The notes under the pieces were generated by a model. The model had not been told where the DNA came from and searched no databases. It was given only the letters and a program-made list of their open reading frames with translations. The position numbers were made by a program, and so were the translations under genes. Below are positions 11,101-23,497 of a DNA stretch of 64,000 nucleotides, piece after piece. The stretch is taken from assembly GCA_964016885.1 (NCBI GenBank), contig OZ024740.1, positions 393,080,001-393,144,000 of the forward strand, written 5' to 3'. This DNA comes from Eledone cirrhosa (taxonomy: Eukaryota). Each line of letters begins with the position of its first letter. Position 1 is the first letter of the stretch.

Positions 11101-14100
11101 AGTTGGTGGTGCTGGACGTGACCAGCGGAGACGGGCAAGCTTTCAGGCTAGTGGCCGTCTATGCCCCGACAGGAGCAGGGCGGCCTGATTTCTTCCGGCG
11201 TCTGGAGACCTTTCTTGGAACGTCCCGCTCTTTAGTGTTAGTGGGCGACTGGAACGGGATCTTAGATGCACGCTGGGACTGTGTGGGATTAGCGGATAGG
11301 GGTGGAAGGTGCAAGAGCCTCACCAACCTGCTCAGGTGTTTTGAACTGTCTGAAAGGTACCGATTGGATTTCCCGAATGTGCCAATGTGGACTTGGACAA
11401 ATCGCATATGGTCATCCAGATCATATCTAGATAGAGTATTTTTAGGGAAATAGATAGGTCTAGCATAGGCTGTCCACAATTCAAGATAGTCAGCTACACG
11501 GACCACAAATTCGTGATCTGTGTACTTGACTTAGATAGGCTTCATAGACGAGGACCCGGCTACTGGAAGCTAAGGCTTTAGTAATAGAGAAAAATAGAGC
11601 AGAGGGAGAACTAGTTAGAAAATTAGACGAGGCGCTTAGCAAAGGCATTGCAACCGACGTGCTTGCGGCGAAATTGGCCCTTGACCAATTCTTCAATGCA
11701 AAGCACAAAGGCTGCATTGTGAGAGCTAGGGTGCGTGCTCTCAGACACGAGGGGACGAAAGCCGTTCAATGTGCCCGAGTGGCGGAGGCGCGTTGTGGCA
11801 ACAAAGCCACGATCCGGTTTTTGGTGGACCACGATAAGCGCATGCTACTCGATCCCGGGAAATGTGTGAAGCTTTTCAGCGACACTTCGCTCAACTGTTC
11901 GGGGGCAGCGGTGAGCCGGGTAGAGGAATGGACTTTAATGTCTACCTCGACGGACTGCCGCGGCTCTCGGCCACTGAGGCGGAGTGTTGCGAAAATCCGA
12001 TAACAGCCGCTGAAGTAAGGGAGGCAATGACTGGCTGCACAAGGGGTAAATCGCCTGGTTTGGATGGTCTGCCCTATGAACTTTACGTACAGATGCCAGA
12101 CTTGTTCGGAGGCCTCTTGGCGGACGTCTACTGCAACTGGCAACAGAACGGGAGAATTCCCAGTTCTGTGAGCCGAGGAGCAGTGGCACAGCTGAGAAAG
12201 GATCCGAACAAGGGGGATAACATAGATAATTTCAGGCCCATAACTCTGCTAAACACAGAGTTCAAGATTTTGGCCAAGGTGCTAGCAAAGAGGTTGGCGC
12301 TTGTCGTTGGTGGTCTGGTGGGAGAGGCGCAGACATGCGCCATTCCCGACAGATCCATCCACGACAACCTCCACCTCATGCGATACATCGTAGAGAGGGT
12401 AGCTAGGGAACCTGGCACGGGTGGGTCCTTGATCAATTTAGATCAGTCGAAAGCTTTCGATAGGTTTGACCATCGTTACCTAGCGGCAGTTCTGAGGGCG
12501 GCTGACTTTGGGCCCGTCGTCAGCGGTTGGATCGCTGCCATGCACAGCGACATCTGCTCTGTGGTGAGAGTGAACGGTCACCTTTCGGAACCGTTCAACA
12601 TCATGCGCTCGGTCCGCCAAGGATGTCCCCTCTCGTCCCTCTTGTACGTATTGACTCTCGAGCCATTACTACACAAACTGGAGACATTGAGGGGCGTCTC
12701 GCACGAACTAGGATGCGGAAGATCCGTGTCAGCATATGCGGAAGATCCGTGTCAGCATATGCGGACGATGTCACCGTAGTGGTGTCGAACGCCAAACACA
12801 TCAAGGCGATCGGCACTACACTAAGAGAATACGAAGCGGTGACAGGAGCAATGATCAACCAGGAAAAGTCAGTGGGCCTGCAGCTCGGCACCTGGAGAGG
12901 CAGGTCCATGCCGTCCAACAGCGTCGTCGGATGCTGGACGGACGGACCGGTTAAATTGCTAGGGGTCTGGTTCGGTCCGGACCTCCAGACGGACAAAAAC
13001 TGGGACGAGGTGACGAGCAGGGTGGCTTCTCTCACCCAGAAATGGGCGGAGAGGAAGCTATCCCTTAAAGGTCAAGCGGAGGTGGCTAACGCGTATATCG
13101 CATCTGTCATCTGCTACCGCCTGACCGTCGTACCTTGTCCTAAGCCCCGCCTGACACCCGCTACGTGGAGGGCTGGGAATGCCGTGGCTGATGATGCACA
13201 GTCATGCGCTCAGGCTACGACATCTCCACCTCTTCCTCGATGGTGATCAGATGTGGTCGCCGTTTGCTAGACACGTATTTCCCCAGCTCGTTTCCTTGAT
13301 GGAGCTGCAGTCCTGGGTCAAGCGAAGACCGAGAGGGAGCGCCTGGAGACTGGAATGTCTTCAGGCGCTCACAGCCCTCGACCAATCGGGCAATGTGATC
13401 GGTGGAAACTCCACCTCAGCGTTCTATAGAGGATTAGTGGAGGGGAAGAGTGACGACGTACTTGGGGAAACTCTAGGCATCGACGAAAATCAACTAGCCA
13501 ATCTCCTCGGAAGAACTTTCGGGCCGGGACCTATGGACAATTTCCAGAAATCTCTGGCCTGGCAGTGCTACCGAGGAGCCTTGCCAGTTCGGGATAAACT
13601 CTACAGGCATGGAGGTGCCGTCAGCCGGGCATGTCCGAGATGCGCGCAAGGCGACGAAACCGTCCTGCACGCACTCGTCCAGTGTCCGAAAATTGCTGAC
13701 TTGTGGGTTTATGTCGAACACCTGCTGTCGCGTGTAGGAATGGATCCGGCTATCATCTGAGTCCATCGTGAGGATTGCCCCGCCCTCTTCCTTTAGCCGG
13801 GAAGGGCAGGCAGTTTTTATCTGTCTGGTGGCCATGGCGAAAGAGATAGTATGGTGGACACGTTTGAAAGGGCTGAAGACGAGCACTTACCTCTTCGGTG
13901 ATGCCCTGATTGACTTTTTCAAATTTCATTTGAAAAGGAAAATCAGAGTAGAGAGGGAAGTGCTCTCTTCCCAGCATTTTGTTGAAAGATGGGTGAGAGA
14001 AGCAAGAATGGCCCGAGTGAATGGGCCTACTCTGAGTACGTATCTGTAAATTAAAGGTGGAAAACTGGGAGAGGGCACTTGCCTTGGTAGTCAGGGTCAC

Positions 14101-14295
14101 TGTGGCCTTTTACTGGGCTTTCTCCACAAATGTCCCTCCGAAGTCCCTATTGGGGAATTTTTCATTGTTATTTTTTTGTTACATCCTCTGTTTTTGTTTT
14201 TTTACACGCAGAAATGCCCATTTGTACCGTCCTGTATTGTCCTGCACTGTCCTTAATGTCTACTTTATGTAAACCCTTGTGGTTAATAAAGAAAT
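8170..14295 (+). mobile_element. Near full-length Tx1/L1-clade LINE, inactivated
   Basis: ORF1 (~8386-10417) with CCHC knuckle CFRCGSKTHLRAFC; ORF2 from 10827 with APE (GSINARGL, SET, GDWN), RT (DQSKAFD, RQGCPLS, YADD) and C-terminal CPRC...HALVQC, ending 14049; several frameshifts; AATAAA plus (TTA)n tail. Confidence 0.9.
8929..9218 (-). mobile_element. RTE 3'-UTR fragment inserted into Tx1 ORF1
   Basis: Nearly identical to 44270-44550 and 58877-59155; (GAT)n tail; interrupts ORF1 between ...AKNLET and RHIINEE... Confidence 0.85.
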
Positions 14296-14303
14296 CATTA
14301 TTA

Positions 14304-14334
<31 letters not shown>

Positions 14335-14362
14335 TATTATATGTTCTTTTTGTCTTTAACAG

Positions 14363-14551
14363 ATGGCTAAACTCATTGGAAGAGTTGCCATTATAACTGG
14401 TGCTAATTGTGGTCTTGGATTTGAAGCTGCTAAACGCCTGTGCTATTTAGGTCATGATGTTATATTAGCATGCCGCAATGAAGAAAAAGGGAATCTTGCT
14501 GTTGAAAACATTTGTAAAGCACAAAATGATGCTCTTGTATCATATATGCAT
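14363..14551 (+). CDS. Retinol dehydrogenase-like SDR, coding exon 1 of 6
   Basis: ATG directly after ...ctttaacAG; MAKLIGRVAIITGANCGLGFEAAK has the Rossmann TGxxxGxG motif and VILACR; ends at gtgagt donor, 189 nt, phase 0. Confidence 0.92.
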
Positions 14552-15061
14552 GTGAGTAATGCTGTTGGGTTTGTTATTTCTTCTATTTCTTAGCATTCAG
14601 ATGTAAACCAAGGAATATAGCTAAGAGAGAGCAGTTATCCTTGATAGACAGGCTAATCCTAGATCTGTGAGATTTCTTGACTTGCCATAGAAGGTCTGCC
14701 CCCACTGCTAGGAACCTTTTCCTTTGTATTGTTATGCTGTTTTTATTTTATAATTTTTTACCCAGTGTAAACCTTACTTACATGTATCTAGTACTTGTAC
14801 AGTTGCCAATATCTTGACATTTTCAAGTAAGTCTCTACTGCATCAGTTAGTGCTCCTCCATGTTTCTGAGGTGTATGCAGCATTGGGTGTGTTTATTTTT
14901 GTGGAGCAGGAGTAGTATAGACTCCTCCTGTTAGTGTACTGTACCTGTATTGTTTTATTGTGTTGTTTCTTGTGTTATTTTAGTATTTGTTCTGATGTGT
15001 ATGAGATGTGAAGTGTGTGTGGTGTTATTTTATTGGGTTTTAATTGAGTAGATTATATGTT

Positions 15062-16957
15062 CCACAGATGCCCTCTTCCTTGTAAGGCAACTGCAGGAGA
15101 AGTACTTGACTAAAAGTAAACCCCTCTACTTGGTTTTTGTGGACCTGGAGAAAGCTTTTGACAGAGTCCCCCATTCCATTATCTAGTAGGTTCTTAGAAA
15201 GCTAGGAGTAGACAAGTGGCTTGTGAAGGCAGTACAAGCCATGTATAGAGGAACATTCATCAAGGTCAGAATTAACAATGACTATAGCAAAGAATTTAGT
15301 GGGCAGCTTGGTGTCCATCAAGGCTCAGTTCTTCATCCTCTCCTGTTTAATATTGTCCTGCAGGCAATAATGAAGGAATTGAAGACTGGCTGCCCATGGG
15401 AACACCTGTATGCAGATGACCTAACCCTTATAGCTGAATCTATAGTTGAATTAGAAATGAAATTCCAAACCTGGTAGCATAGCCTAGAATCAAAAAGTCA
15501 ACTTGGCAGAGACTAAAGTTCTAGTAAGTAAAGGAAAACAGGGCCGAGATCTCCTGAGGGAAATGGCCCTGCTTAGTGTGCAGAAAATGAGTAGGTAGAA
15601 ATTCCCCTATATCCCAAATGCAAACTATGGGTACACAAGAGATGTAGTGGGATCTCAGACAGGTTAACAAAGAATGTAGGTTTTACATGTGGCTAGTGCA
15701 CAGGGGCAGTAAGTAGCAAGAGCTCTCAGGATACAAACCCCTTCAAATGCCCAGAGGGCTCTGTAGCAGTAGTAGATAGTCTCTGTTACCTGGGTGACCA
15801 AATTAACAGTGGAAGAGGGTGTTCTGAAAGCACAGTAGCCAGAGTGATAACGAGTTGGAGGAAGTTCAGGGAGTTACTACCGCTGCTAACTACAAAATGT
15901 TTTTCTTTCAAAATGAAAGGCAGTCTGTATGATGCATGTATACAAACAATAGTGTTTTACAGTAGGGGGACCTGGGCACTGTATGCAGAGGACCTGTGAA
16001 AATTGGAAAGAAATGAAGCTTCCATGCTTTGATGGATATGCAATATAGAATGGCAAAGCATAAATGAACTGCGAGAGAAAGTAGGCCTAAGAGGGATTAG
16101 ATGCAGTGTGCAGGAGAGGAGATTGTGTTGGTATAGATATGTGATGCATATGAAGCATGACAGTTGTATAAAAAGGTTCAGAGTGCTCAAAGTTGATGAA
16201 AGCCATGGAGTAGGCAGGCCTAGGAAGACTTGGGATGAGGTGATAAAAGCTGACCTGTAATACAGAAGACCTGCCCTCCCATATGCAGGAGCTGAGGCAT
16301 ACATTTAGTATGCACCACCTCCCCTCTCATCACACTTCCCACACACCTCCCTCACAGTAGTCACCCCACCCCTATATCTACCTCTCCAATTCACCATGCA
16401 TCTTCCCCACCCAATCCACACCATAAAGTTGCTGGGAAGAAATGTGTTCGATATGACAAAGGTACGCTTGCCTTCACTAACACTGGAAAGAAGGCAGCAT
16501 GGAATTATCATTATGAGAGACTGATGGATGAGGAGAATACATGGGCAGATAGTTTGCCCTAAGTGGACCCAACAAAGGGACCAGCTATACAAGTTAGCAG
16601 CAGCATAGTAAGGCAATTAACGATATGAAGACAGACAAACAGCTGGAATATTGCTGAAATGCTGAAAACAAAATGGTGCTATACCCAATGACTGGTGTAG
16701 CAGCATCATTGTCAACTGTTATAAGGGCAAAGGTGATGCACTAGATAGACAAAAAGTGTCCAGTCCACACTGTAAAGTAGTTATTTTGGTGCCATGATAA
16801 AAAGAGTCCAGTCCACGCTGTAAATGTGTAGAAACCAAGCCAGATACAGATCTGTATGAACAAGACATGGTCATATAATTTGACTTGTTTCACAATGGGT
16901 CAACTCATCTAATCCATGCAAGCATGGAAAAATGGGCAATAAATGGTGACGATGATG
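15062..16957 (+). mobile_element. Degenerate, rearranged RTE LINE in an SDR intron
   Basis: Homologous to the 3161-5940 RT region with stops and frameshifts (YADD at ~15409); ends in GATGATG. Confidence 0.85.
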
Positions 16958-17594
16958 AACCCAATCATAGGTGAATAAACTATGGAAACTGAAGCTCTAG
17001 TTATTATAGTTGCTTATCCTCACACATTTTCTGTAACCTCCCTTTAGTTTTTAATGGTTCATGTATTAGTGGTTAATTAAAGGAAATCATTATTATTTAT
17101 GAGAGAGAAAAATGTCAAAGGGAGAGGAAAGTAGTAATGGTGAGATGTAAATGGTGGTTGGAGAAAGATGCAGAAAGACTGAGGGAATGTTACTTAGAGA
17201 CAAACATAATCAAACACACACATATGCGTGCATATACGATATACTGATAAATGTAGATGGTGACATTTGTAGGGATATTGGTTTATGCAAGTGGTGGTGA
17301 TAAGGAAGACAAAGACTAGATTTCTTTTTAATGATATTTAATTATGCCTTTTGAATCGTCAATTACTTAATATTTGTACTTTAGTGTAATTAACTGTCAT
17401 TTACCAGACTTAACTTTTTACAAAAAACTCAGTTTTCACTTCAATTAACTTATTAAATGACAATTAACAAAGCATAGATCTACTTCCTATAACTAGTATT
17501 TAGTCATGGACAGTTATATGTTATATTCTCTAAGAAATTAAAATTTTGCTAGCGTAGTTAATACCAATAGGTAGAAGAATAAAAGAAACTACGA

Positions 17595-18042
17595 CATTTG
17601 CAGATATTCCTAAATGGTGAACAGGTGTGATTGCCATTTGTGAGGCACATCTTTTCGTAGAGATGAGATTGTGTGGTGGATGCAATTAAAATGGCTGAAG
17701 ACAAACGCGTTCTTCTTTGGTTAAAACCTCATTGACTTTTCAAATCCCATTTGGAAAGGAAGATGCAAGTGGAGAGGGAAGTTTTGACCCCCTGTAATGT
17801 GCAGAGGGGAGTGGGTACTTGGTGTTGAGGGTTGTTTTGGGTGTGTGGGATTCAAAAATGACCCCATTTGAACTTTCTTTTGTTTGAATTTTTTTGTTGT
17901 TTATTGTTACTTATCAATTGTTTACATACTTTTATATGTAAACCCCCACTTTCCCTGTCTTTTGTATTGTCCATAATGTTTTCGGCCCTAGTGGCCAATA
18001 AAAAAAAATCATTATCATCATCATTATTATTATTATTATTAT
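17595..18042 (+). mobile_element. Tx1-like LINE 3' remnant
   Basis: Aligns with 13840-13970 and with the 3' end CCCTAGTGGCCAATAAA-(TTA)n. Confidence 0.75.
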
Positions 18043-18044
18043 AG

Positions 18045-18213
18045 CTTGATCTGGCAGATATGTCTTCCATACATAAATTTGTGGATGATTTCCATGAAAC
18101 TGAGAAACCACTTGACCTTCTTATTAACAATGCTGGTGTTTTTGATACTATTGGAAAAGAAAGGAAGCTTACAAAAGATGGCTTTGAATTAACCATGGGA
18201 ACAAATCATTTGG
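18045..18213 (+). CDS. Retinol dehydrogenase-like SDR, coding exon 2
   Basis: tatAG acceptor; [16 protein letters not shown]...[10 protein letters not shown]...[15 protein letters not shown] (NNAG motif); gtaatt donor; 169 nt. Confidence 0.92.
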
Positions 18214-19763
18214 GTAATTCTATTCTTGTTACTATATTACTATATCACATCTTTGAAGAATTACTGCCTTAGTTCTTTTATATTTACTTCTTTAATATTA
18301 GTTAAATGTAACTGGACAGATAATAGAGGGCAATTCCAAATATGGGAAGAGTTGAGGAAAGCTGGGATTGCATGGAGAAGATTGTGGCCAGAATTGCAGA
18401 GAAACACTGTCCTACTGTCTTTGTAATCGTTCTTTATACAGCAATAACAGTAAAAATAATAATAATAATTCAATGGAAAATGTTTAAAAAGTTTGCATTG
18501 CACTCATAATTAAGATAAGGATAGACAACCTTATGATAAACAAAATAAAAATAGTTAAACAAATATTGTAAAAATACACACACATGTACACAATGTCCGA
18601 ACACAGAGGAGCCAAACTCCCACTGTCATCGCCTCCATCTCTCTCACTCTCCCCATCTCTCACTATCATGAGCAAATGGAATCCCACACACACCTCGGAG
18701 GACAGAATAGAGAAGGTATTTCCCTGGAGGATGGTGATGGATTTGCGTTGGAAGAACCATTCCAGCTTGCGAGTCTCACACCTGCAGCTAGCTAGCTCAG
18801 CGCCTATGGTGGTGAGCAGGGAGGTGGTCCTAGGGCCAAGTATACCAGAAGTCTCCCCTGCTAGGGTCTTGGCTGCAAACCTGTAGGAAACCGATCGATA
18901 AATCATTTATTTGTCACTAGAGTGACAACAGTGAAAAAATGTCAGTCATTAACGAATATTGTTTTTTCTCGCTATAATTATTTTAAGTTTCCTTTTGAAT
19001 GTTCCTTGCTTCAAATATTTTAAGAGTAATGTGATTATTGTTACATTGACATTGTCTATTATGACCAGTGACCCACTTTGAAGCTACCTATCAAAAGAGA
19101 CAATGTAAATCAAATGAAAAAGAAAATACACACGCATGTGTATATGAAACTGGATCTTCAGTATGAGTTTATTGTAAATATAATGTTACTTAAAGAATGT
19201 GGAGTAAATTATTACTCTTTACTACATTTCTCTCATCTTTATAGATTTAGAGGCTTATGTATTTTCACACACGTTTCATTTAACACTATTGATGAGAGAA
19301 TGTATTGGAAATAAAATATTTTATTAAAATATTAAGCCAGTGAATTGGTAGAATCATAATTGTGTCTGATTGAATGGCTTACTCACTGCACCATGAGTTC
19401 AAATCCCAGTGAGATTAGCTTTGCTTTTTATCCTTGTAGGGTTGATAAATAAAGTACTGGTGAGGATTCTTGTCTGTGTCCGTCTTTTTCTTAGAATTGG
19501 CTATGTTGATTGGCTAACCAATCACAATATCCTAATTTCCAGGAATTGAGAAGGATTGAGTAAGGAGCTAACAACCCTATCTCATTCAAAAATTGATGTT
19601 ATTAAAACCATCCAGCAAGGAATGGTAAAATTATATAATAAAGTATTAAATTGAAATCTTGTTTAAATTATATCCTATATTTTGTTTAAATTTGATTCTA
19701 TATTAGTTGAAATAAATATTACTCTCCATTAGTAAAAAAAACAAACATTGTTTCCACTTGCAG

Positions 19764-19889
19764 GTCATTTTTTGCTTACTATTCTCCTGTTAGAAGACTT
19801 AGAAAAATCTGCTGCTGTCAATGGTGAATCTCGAATCATCAATGTTACTTCAACACTTCACGACACTAATGTCAAGCATATGAAAGAGA
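19764..19889 (+). CDS. Retinol dehydrogenase-like SDR, coding exon 3
   Basis: ttgcAG acceptor; (G)HFLLTILLLEDLEKSAAVNGESRIINVTSTLH; gtaagc donor; 126 nt, phases 1/1 match the neighbouring exons. Confidence 0.92.
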
Positions 19890-20073
19890 GTAAGCTATTT
19901 GTTAATCATGTTCAGGAACCTCAGGTTTGCAATATTGTCAACTTTGTTTTATAAAACATAGCATATCTTGGACTACAATACCCAGTATGTCCTTCCTTTA
20001 TTTTTAAATTGGTAGATTTTGACTTTAGGTTGAATTGGCTGCTATTTCAAGCAGAAGAATGATTGTGTAGAGC

Positions 20074-20251
20074 AGGCATGGGTAACCTGTTTCGAGCAGT
20101 GGGCCACATAGAATATGGTTTATCTTAAGGCATGACTAATTTCCAAATTACTTTGAACTTTTTAGGAGAGTGCTCCTAAAAAGTTCAAAGTAATTTGGAA
20201 ATTAGTCGTGTTATTCAGAAAACCAAATGAGCTACAGTTTATCCATGACTG
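20074..20251. mobile_element. hAT-like MITE remnant containing a 38-bp hairpin
   Basis: Imperfect terminal inverted repeats CAGGCATGGGTAA ... TTATCCATGACTG. Confidence 0.4.
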
Positions 20252-21520
20252 GTATAGAGGCTCACTCATTGGCTTGTGCTTAAAAGGTAGAGTATGTAGG
20301 CCTAAATTGCCACCTGCTTAACACCACCACGTAGTCCTAGGATGTTGCAAGTATTTAGCCTGGAATTCCAGTTCCATTACTGCTTTATGTTTTTGAACAT
20401 CAACTGTATCAATCTCAATCAGTTTGAGAGTGCCTGTCACAGTGATGGTTATTATTCCACCTCATTAACCAACATACTTAACCCTTTCATTACCATATTT
20501 TTAGTGAAAGACATTGCCTATGATTTTCTAATTATTTTGAAAATAGTCAAGGATTTGAAGGGATTTAATAATATAACTAACTTTCTTGTCATTAAGCTGG
20601 TTGGAATATAAAGTGACAAAAGTTCTTACATAAAAGTATCATAGCAGGTTTTTAGATAAATATCAACACTTTAAAATAAACAGCTTTGTATCATTATAAT
20701 CAGGAGTAATTTTCGACAGTTTTGTATCAAATAATAAAAAAAAAAGTGAGTGAAGAGAATGGTTAGACCTTGATGTCTGTAGGTCAGACAATGGACTGGT
20801 ATGAACATGTGATGATGAATCCTCTGTAGATTTTGATAATGAACATGTGATGATGAATCCTCTGTAGATTTTGATATTCAACTGAACCACTGACTTTTTT
20901 GTTTTAATGTACATGTAACTGAATATTCTATAGACATGTGTATACTTCACATAATTCCCAAGCTGAATCAGTATGAAACAATATGTGACAAAGCTGGACC
21001 TTGGAATTACAGGTACAAATCATCCAATGGGCTTTTGCACAGTTTCTGCTTGTTCAATTTTACTTGGATCGACTTGAGGCTATGATATAGACATTTGCCT
21101 CAGATGCCATGCAGGGGGATTGCAAAGTGAACTTCTTAACAACATCAAACTGGATACTTTACTCTATCTTGTTCCATTGCAAATTATTCAGGATTCAAAT
21201 ATTGCCATGGTGGACTTTTACCCTTCCAGCGGCCAATAAGATTACTACTAATGTTATACTCGATTCAAATCAAGAGACTCTATTCCTATATATATATTCT
21301 TTATTAAAGCCAAGCTCTTGTCTTGTTACTCTGGAGTTTTTCTTATATACTCACAGGGGTCGTTGGACAAGACATTAGTCATGTCCAATGTCCTTGTGAG
21401 TACACAGGAGAAACTCCAGAGTAACAAGACTCAAGCTTGGCCTTAATAAATAATATATTAATCTCATCTATCGTATTGACTACTCATTCTTGTAACTGGC
21501 AGTACTAAATGTGTGTATAT

Positions 21521-21553
<33 letters not shown>

Positions 21554-21948
21554 AATATACACACACACAATTTGTTAATGTATATTTTTGTTTCATGAGT
21601 TAATGAGTCCTTCACAGCTGATAAAGCATCAAGAGGTAAAAATAAATGTTCCAAAAATTATGATCTAAAAACCAATAACAATTCTCTCCCTACAGTACCA
21701 TTCCAATATTTTCCAGTTCAGTAAATAAAACAATCTCAATAATATAAAAATCAGTGTATGGAATGGATATATATATATATATTCCAAATTGTAAGACAGT
21801 TTTACACCTAGATATTTGAAATTTTTCTTAGGTGCACATCTTTTCAAAGAAAAGGTCATACGCTCTGTGGCTTTTTCTGATATATACTATAAACCTGGGC
21901 ATGGCTGGGTACTGCTACTAGTATTGAAATAACTTTTTTTATTTTCAG

Positions 21949-22110
21949 AACCACAACCTATGGACATGAACAACTTTTTTTTGGAAAAACCAAATACTTA
22001 CAGTGGTTATCAAGCCTACAAAAACTCCAAACTTGCCAATGTGATTTTTACTTATGAACTTGCTGAAAGAATCCGAAACAAGAACATCACAGTGAACTGC
22101 TTGTGTCCAG
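21949..22110 (+). CDS. Retinol dehydrogenase-like SDR, coding exon 4 (catalytic YxxxK)
   Basis: ttttcAG acceptor; YSGYQAYKNSKLANVIFTYELAERI...VNCLCPG; ends at non-canonical GC donor (CAG|gcaagg); 162 nt. Confidence 0.9.
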
Positions 22111-22349
22111 GCAAGGATATAATATTGAAATTGTTTTTATTTCTCAGCATCTTTTAGACTTGCAATAATGCCAAATGTCAGGTTGTTATTTAGAAAGTAA
22201 CTAATTTATAATGGCCATCACCATTGAAACTACTTGATATTCCAGTAGTTGTTATGGCTCATGCCATGCAGGTTTATCTAGCCTCCTATGAGGTGCAACC
22301 TCATAGGAGGTTTCTTAGGTGTTTTAATGATAATCACTATTCCTATTCA

Positions 22350-22985
22350 TAAATATTTAAAGCTGTATACAGCTATGGTACGACCACACTTGGAATTCGC
22401 ATCATCAGTCTGGAACCCCTATCTTGCTCAGAACATTGACCTCCTGGAAACTGTTCAGACACATGCAACCAAGTGCATACCCTCCATCAGAGACCTACCA
22501 TACTCTGAACGCCTTGCTTCTCTGGGCATGGATTCATTGAAGCTCCGACATCTGGCAATGGACTTGGTAAACACCCACAAAGTTATTAACCATCTCGCCA
22601 ACAACCCTGAGTACCTTTTTGATTTCCATGTGTCTAACATACGTGGACATGCCTACAAAATCAGAAAACAGCACAGCTCCCATGACTTTCAGAAAGATTT
22701 TTTCATGCTTAGAGTTGCTGAAGCATGGAACAAACTGCCTGCGTCAGTTGTTAGCTGCCGAGACACTGCACCCTTTAAAACCCTCATGCTTCCTGAAATT
22801 CGCCAAAGCTACACTTGATGTACCCCTTCCATACACATGCACACATGTGTATATCATGACTCATGCACTGTTCATTTTCCTGACGTTTGTACATTACCCT
22901 ATGTACTATACATACACTTTTGATGAGTTGTAGTGCACCTGAGCACTGTACACAATATTTTCATTATTATTATTATTATTCATTA
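22350..22985 (+). mobile_element. CR1-clade LINE 3' fragment
   Basis: LYTAMVRPHLEFASSVWNPY...YSERLASL...RGHAYKI...RVAEAWNKLP is a typical CR1 ORF2 C-terminus; (ATT)n tail; second copy at 62240-62515. Confidence 0.85.
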
Positions 22986-23335
22986 TTATAAGTTGTTTGT
23001 TGGTATTAACACTAGTTTACATATTTCCATTTCTTTTTTTACATCTTATATTCATTTTTTTTTTTATTTAGCTCTTCTTATTGTCTTGTTCTTACTCTCT
23101 AAATTTATAGTTTCTACATTCTTTAAATTTCTAGCTTCCCTATTCTTTTGTTTAATAAATTTTTTGCCACTCTCAGGCTGTTTAAGTTTCTCTTTCCCAC
23201 TATCTAACAGTCTAGTCTCTCCCCTATCCCACTATCTAACAGTCTAGTCTCTCCCCTCTCAACACATAGCAGTTGACTTTTTCATCAACCTGTCATAATT
23301 TCAATTCTTGATTTTATTTTCCTCTCTTTTTTCAG

Positions 23336-23497
23336 GTTTTGTTCCTGAGACTAGCCTGGGTCGTGATCTTGGCATTGTCACACAATTTTTATTGAGTTAT
23401 GTTGTCTTTTACTTCTTACGCTATAAAAATATTAGCAAAACTGTTGGGGAAGGTGCTGAAGCTATTATGCATTGTGCTATTGGAGAAAAATTAAAAG
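23336..23497 (+). CDS. Retinol dehydrogenase-like SDR, coding exon 5
   Basis: Long pyrimidine tract plus cAG; (G)FVPETSLGRD...KTVGEGAEAIMHCA; gttagt donor; 162 nt. Confidence 0.9.

Noticed and set aside
12713-12758. 23-bp tandem duplication at the Tx1 YADD motif suggesting a programmed frameshift
   Set aside because: A simple inactivating duplication in an element with several other lesions
21893-21922. Helitron-like 3' end (GC-rich hairpin plus CTAGT) just upstream of SDR exon 4
   Set aside because: Hairpin pairing is poor and no 5' end is identifiable; too weak to call
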